A stretch of 64,000 nt of DNA. Source: Toensbergia leucococca (Eukaryota). Shown in pieces: positions 63,736 through 64,000 of this stretch (positions are counted from its first letter, which is position 1; every line of letters begins with the position of its first letter). The notes below the pieces were generated by a model. It saw only the letters and a program-made list of their open reading frames with translations. It was not told the origin of the DNA and did not search any database. Both the position numbers and the translations under genes were made by a program. The stretch is from contig JALDZS010000039.1 in assembly GCA_022813965.1 (NCBI GenBank), forward strand, positions 1 to 64,000. Direction: 5' to 3'.

Positions 63736-63999
63736 TCATGTATTTGGTTCGTCCTGCCTCCGCCTCTGGCTGCCTAAGCCTCGCCTTGCGCGAGAAGGTT
63801 GAGGAGGATCATTAGATTGGGACAAGAGAGAAAATGACTCGCCTTGACCTCCTTCTCCTAGGGGCGATATTGGACTAAATACATCATTCCCAGGAGGCAA
63901 TGTCGTCATGGCCCTATTCGCGGGCGAGGGGACGCCAGAGGACTGAGTTGGCGGAGATGGCGCTGATGACTGACTTGGGTGAGAGCGAATGGTGGAAGA
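63736..63999 (-). CDS. Partial CDS: Ser/Pro-rich C-terminal end of a gene that begins beyond the window
   Basis: 88 codons open from the window edge (SSTIRSHPSQSSAPSPPTQ...RRRQDEPNT*). Confidence 0.55.
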   Translation of the reverse strand, partial: SSTIRSHPSQSSAPSPPTQSSGVPSPANRAMTTLPPGNDVFSPISPLGEGGQGESFSLLSQSNDPPQPSRARRGLGSQRRRQDEPNT

Positions 64000-64000
64000 T

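Noticed and set aside
61300..63740. Numerous 60-110 aa ORFs upstream of the C2H2 gene
   Set aside because: No motifs, consistent splice structure or coding-like composition; treated as non-coding.

Overview
Gene-dense 64-kb segment of a filamentous ascomycete (Pezizomycotina) nuclear chromosome, judged from short GT-AG introns with CTRAY branch sites and fungal-type proteins. About 26 protein-coding genes can be reconstructed by hand-splicing, plus the 3' end of one more at the right edge. Most are conserved housekeeping or stress genes: TRM10, a GNAT acetyltransferase, NDUFA13/GRIM-19, MSN5, phospholipase B, OXR1, VID27, AP-1 beta, a HIRIP3-like protein, TPS1, BolA, NIF3, a Prx5 peroxiredoxin, SKN7, eIF2B-epsilon, MRPS17, COG6, ATG9, MRS3/4, a spastin-like AAA ATPase, an F-box protein, a PIN/NYN-like protein, a sphingolipid delta-8 desaturase, a PGM2-type mutase, a small Tyr/Gly/Arg-rich protein and a C2H2 transcription factor. 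I found no tRNA, rRNA, CRISPR array or intact transposon, and no unambiguous novel multi-gene system. The strongest leads are recurrent strand-symmetric C-rich to G-rich skew flips, a TPS1-BolA-NIF3-peroxiredoxin-SKN7 stress neighbourhood, a degenerate ~100-bp triple repeat beside the F-box gene, a CpG-depleted decayed ORF, and a COG6 leader with a putative intron and uORFs facing ATG9. All gene names come from motif recognition, not database searches, and exon boundaries are manual predictions.
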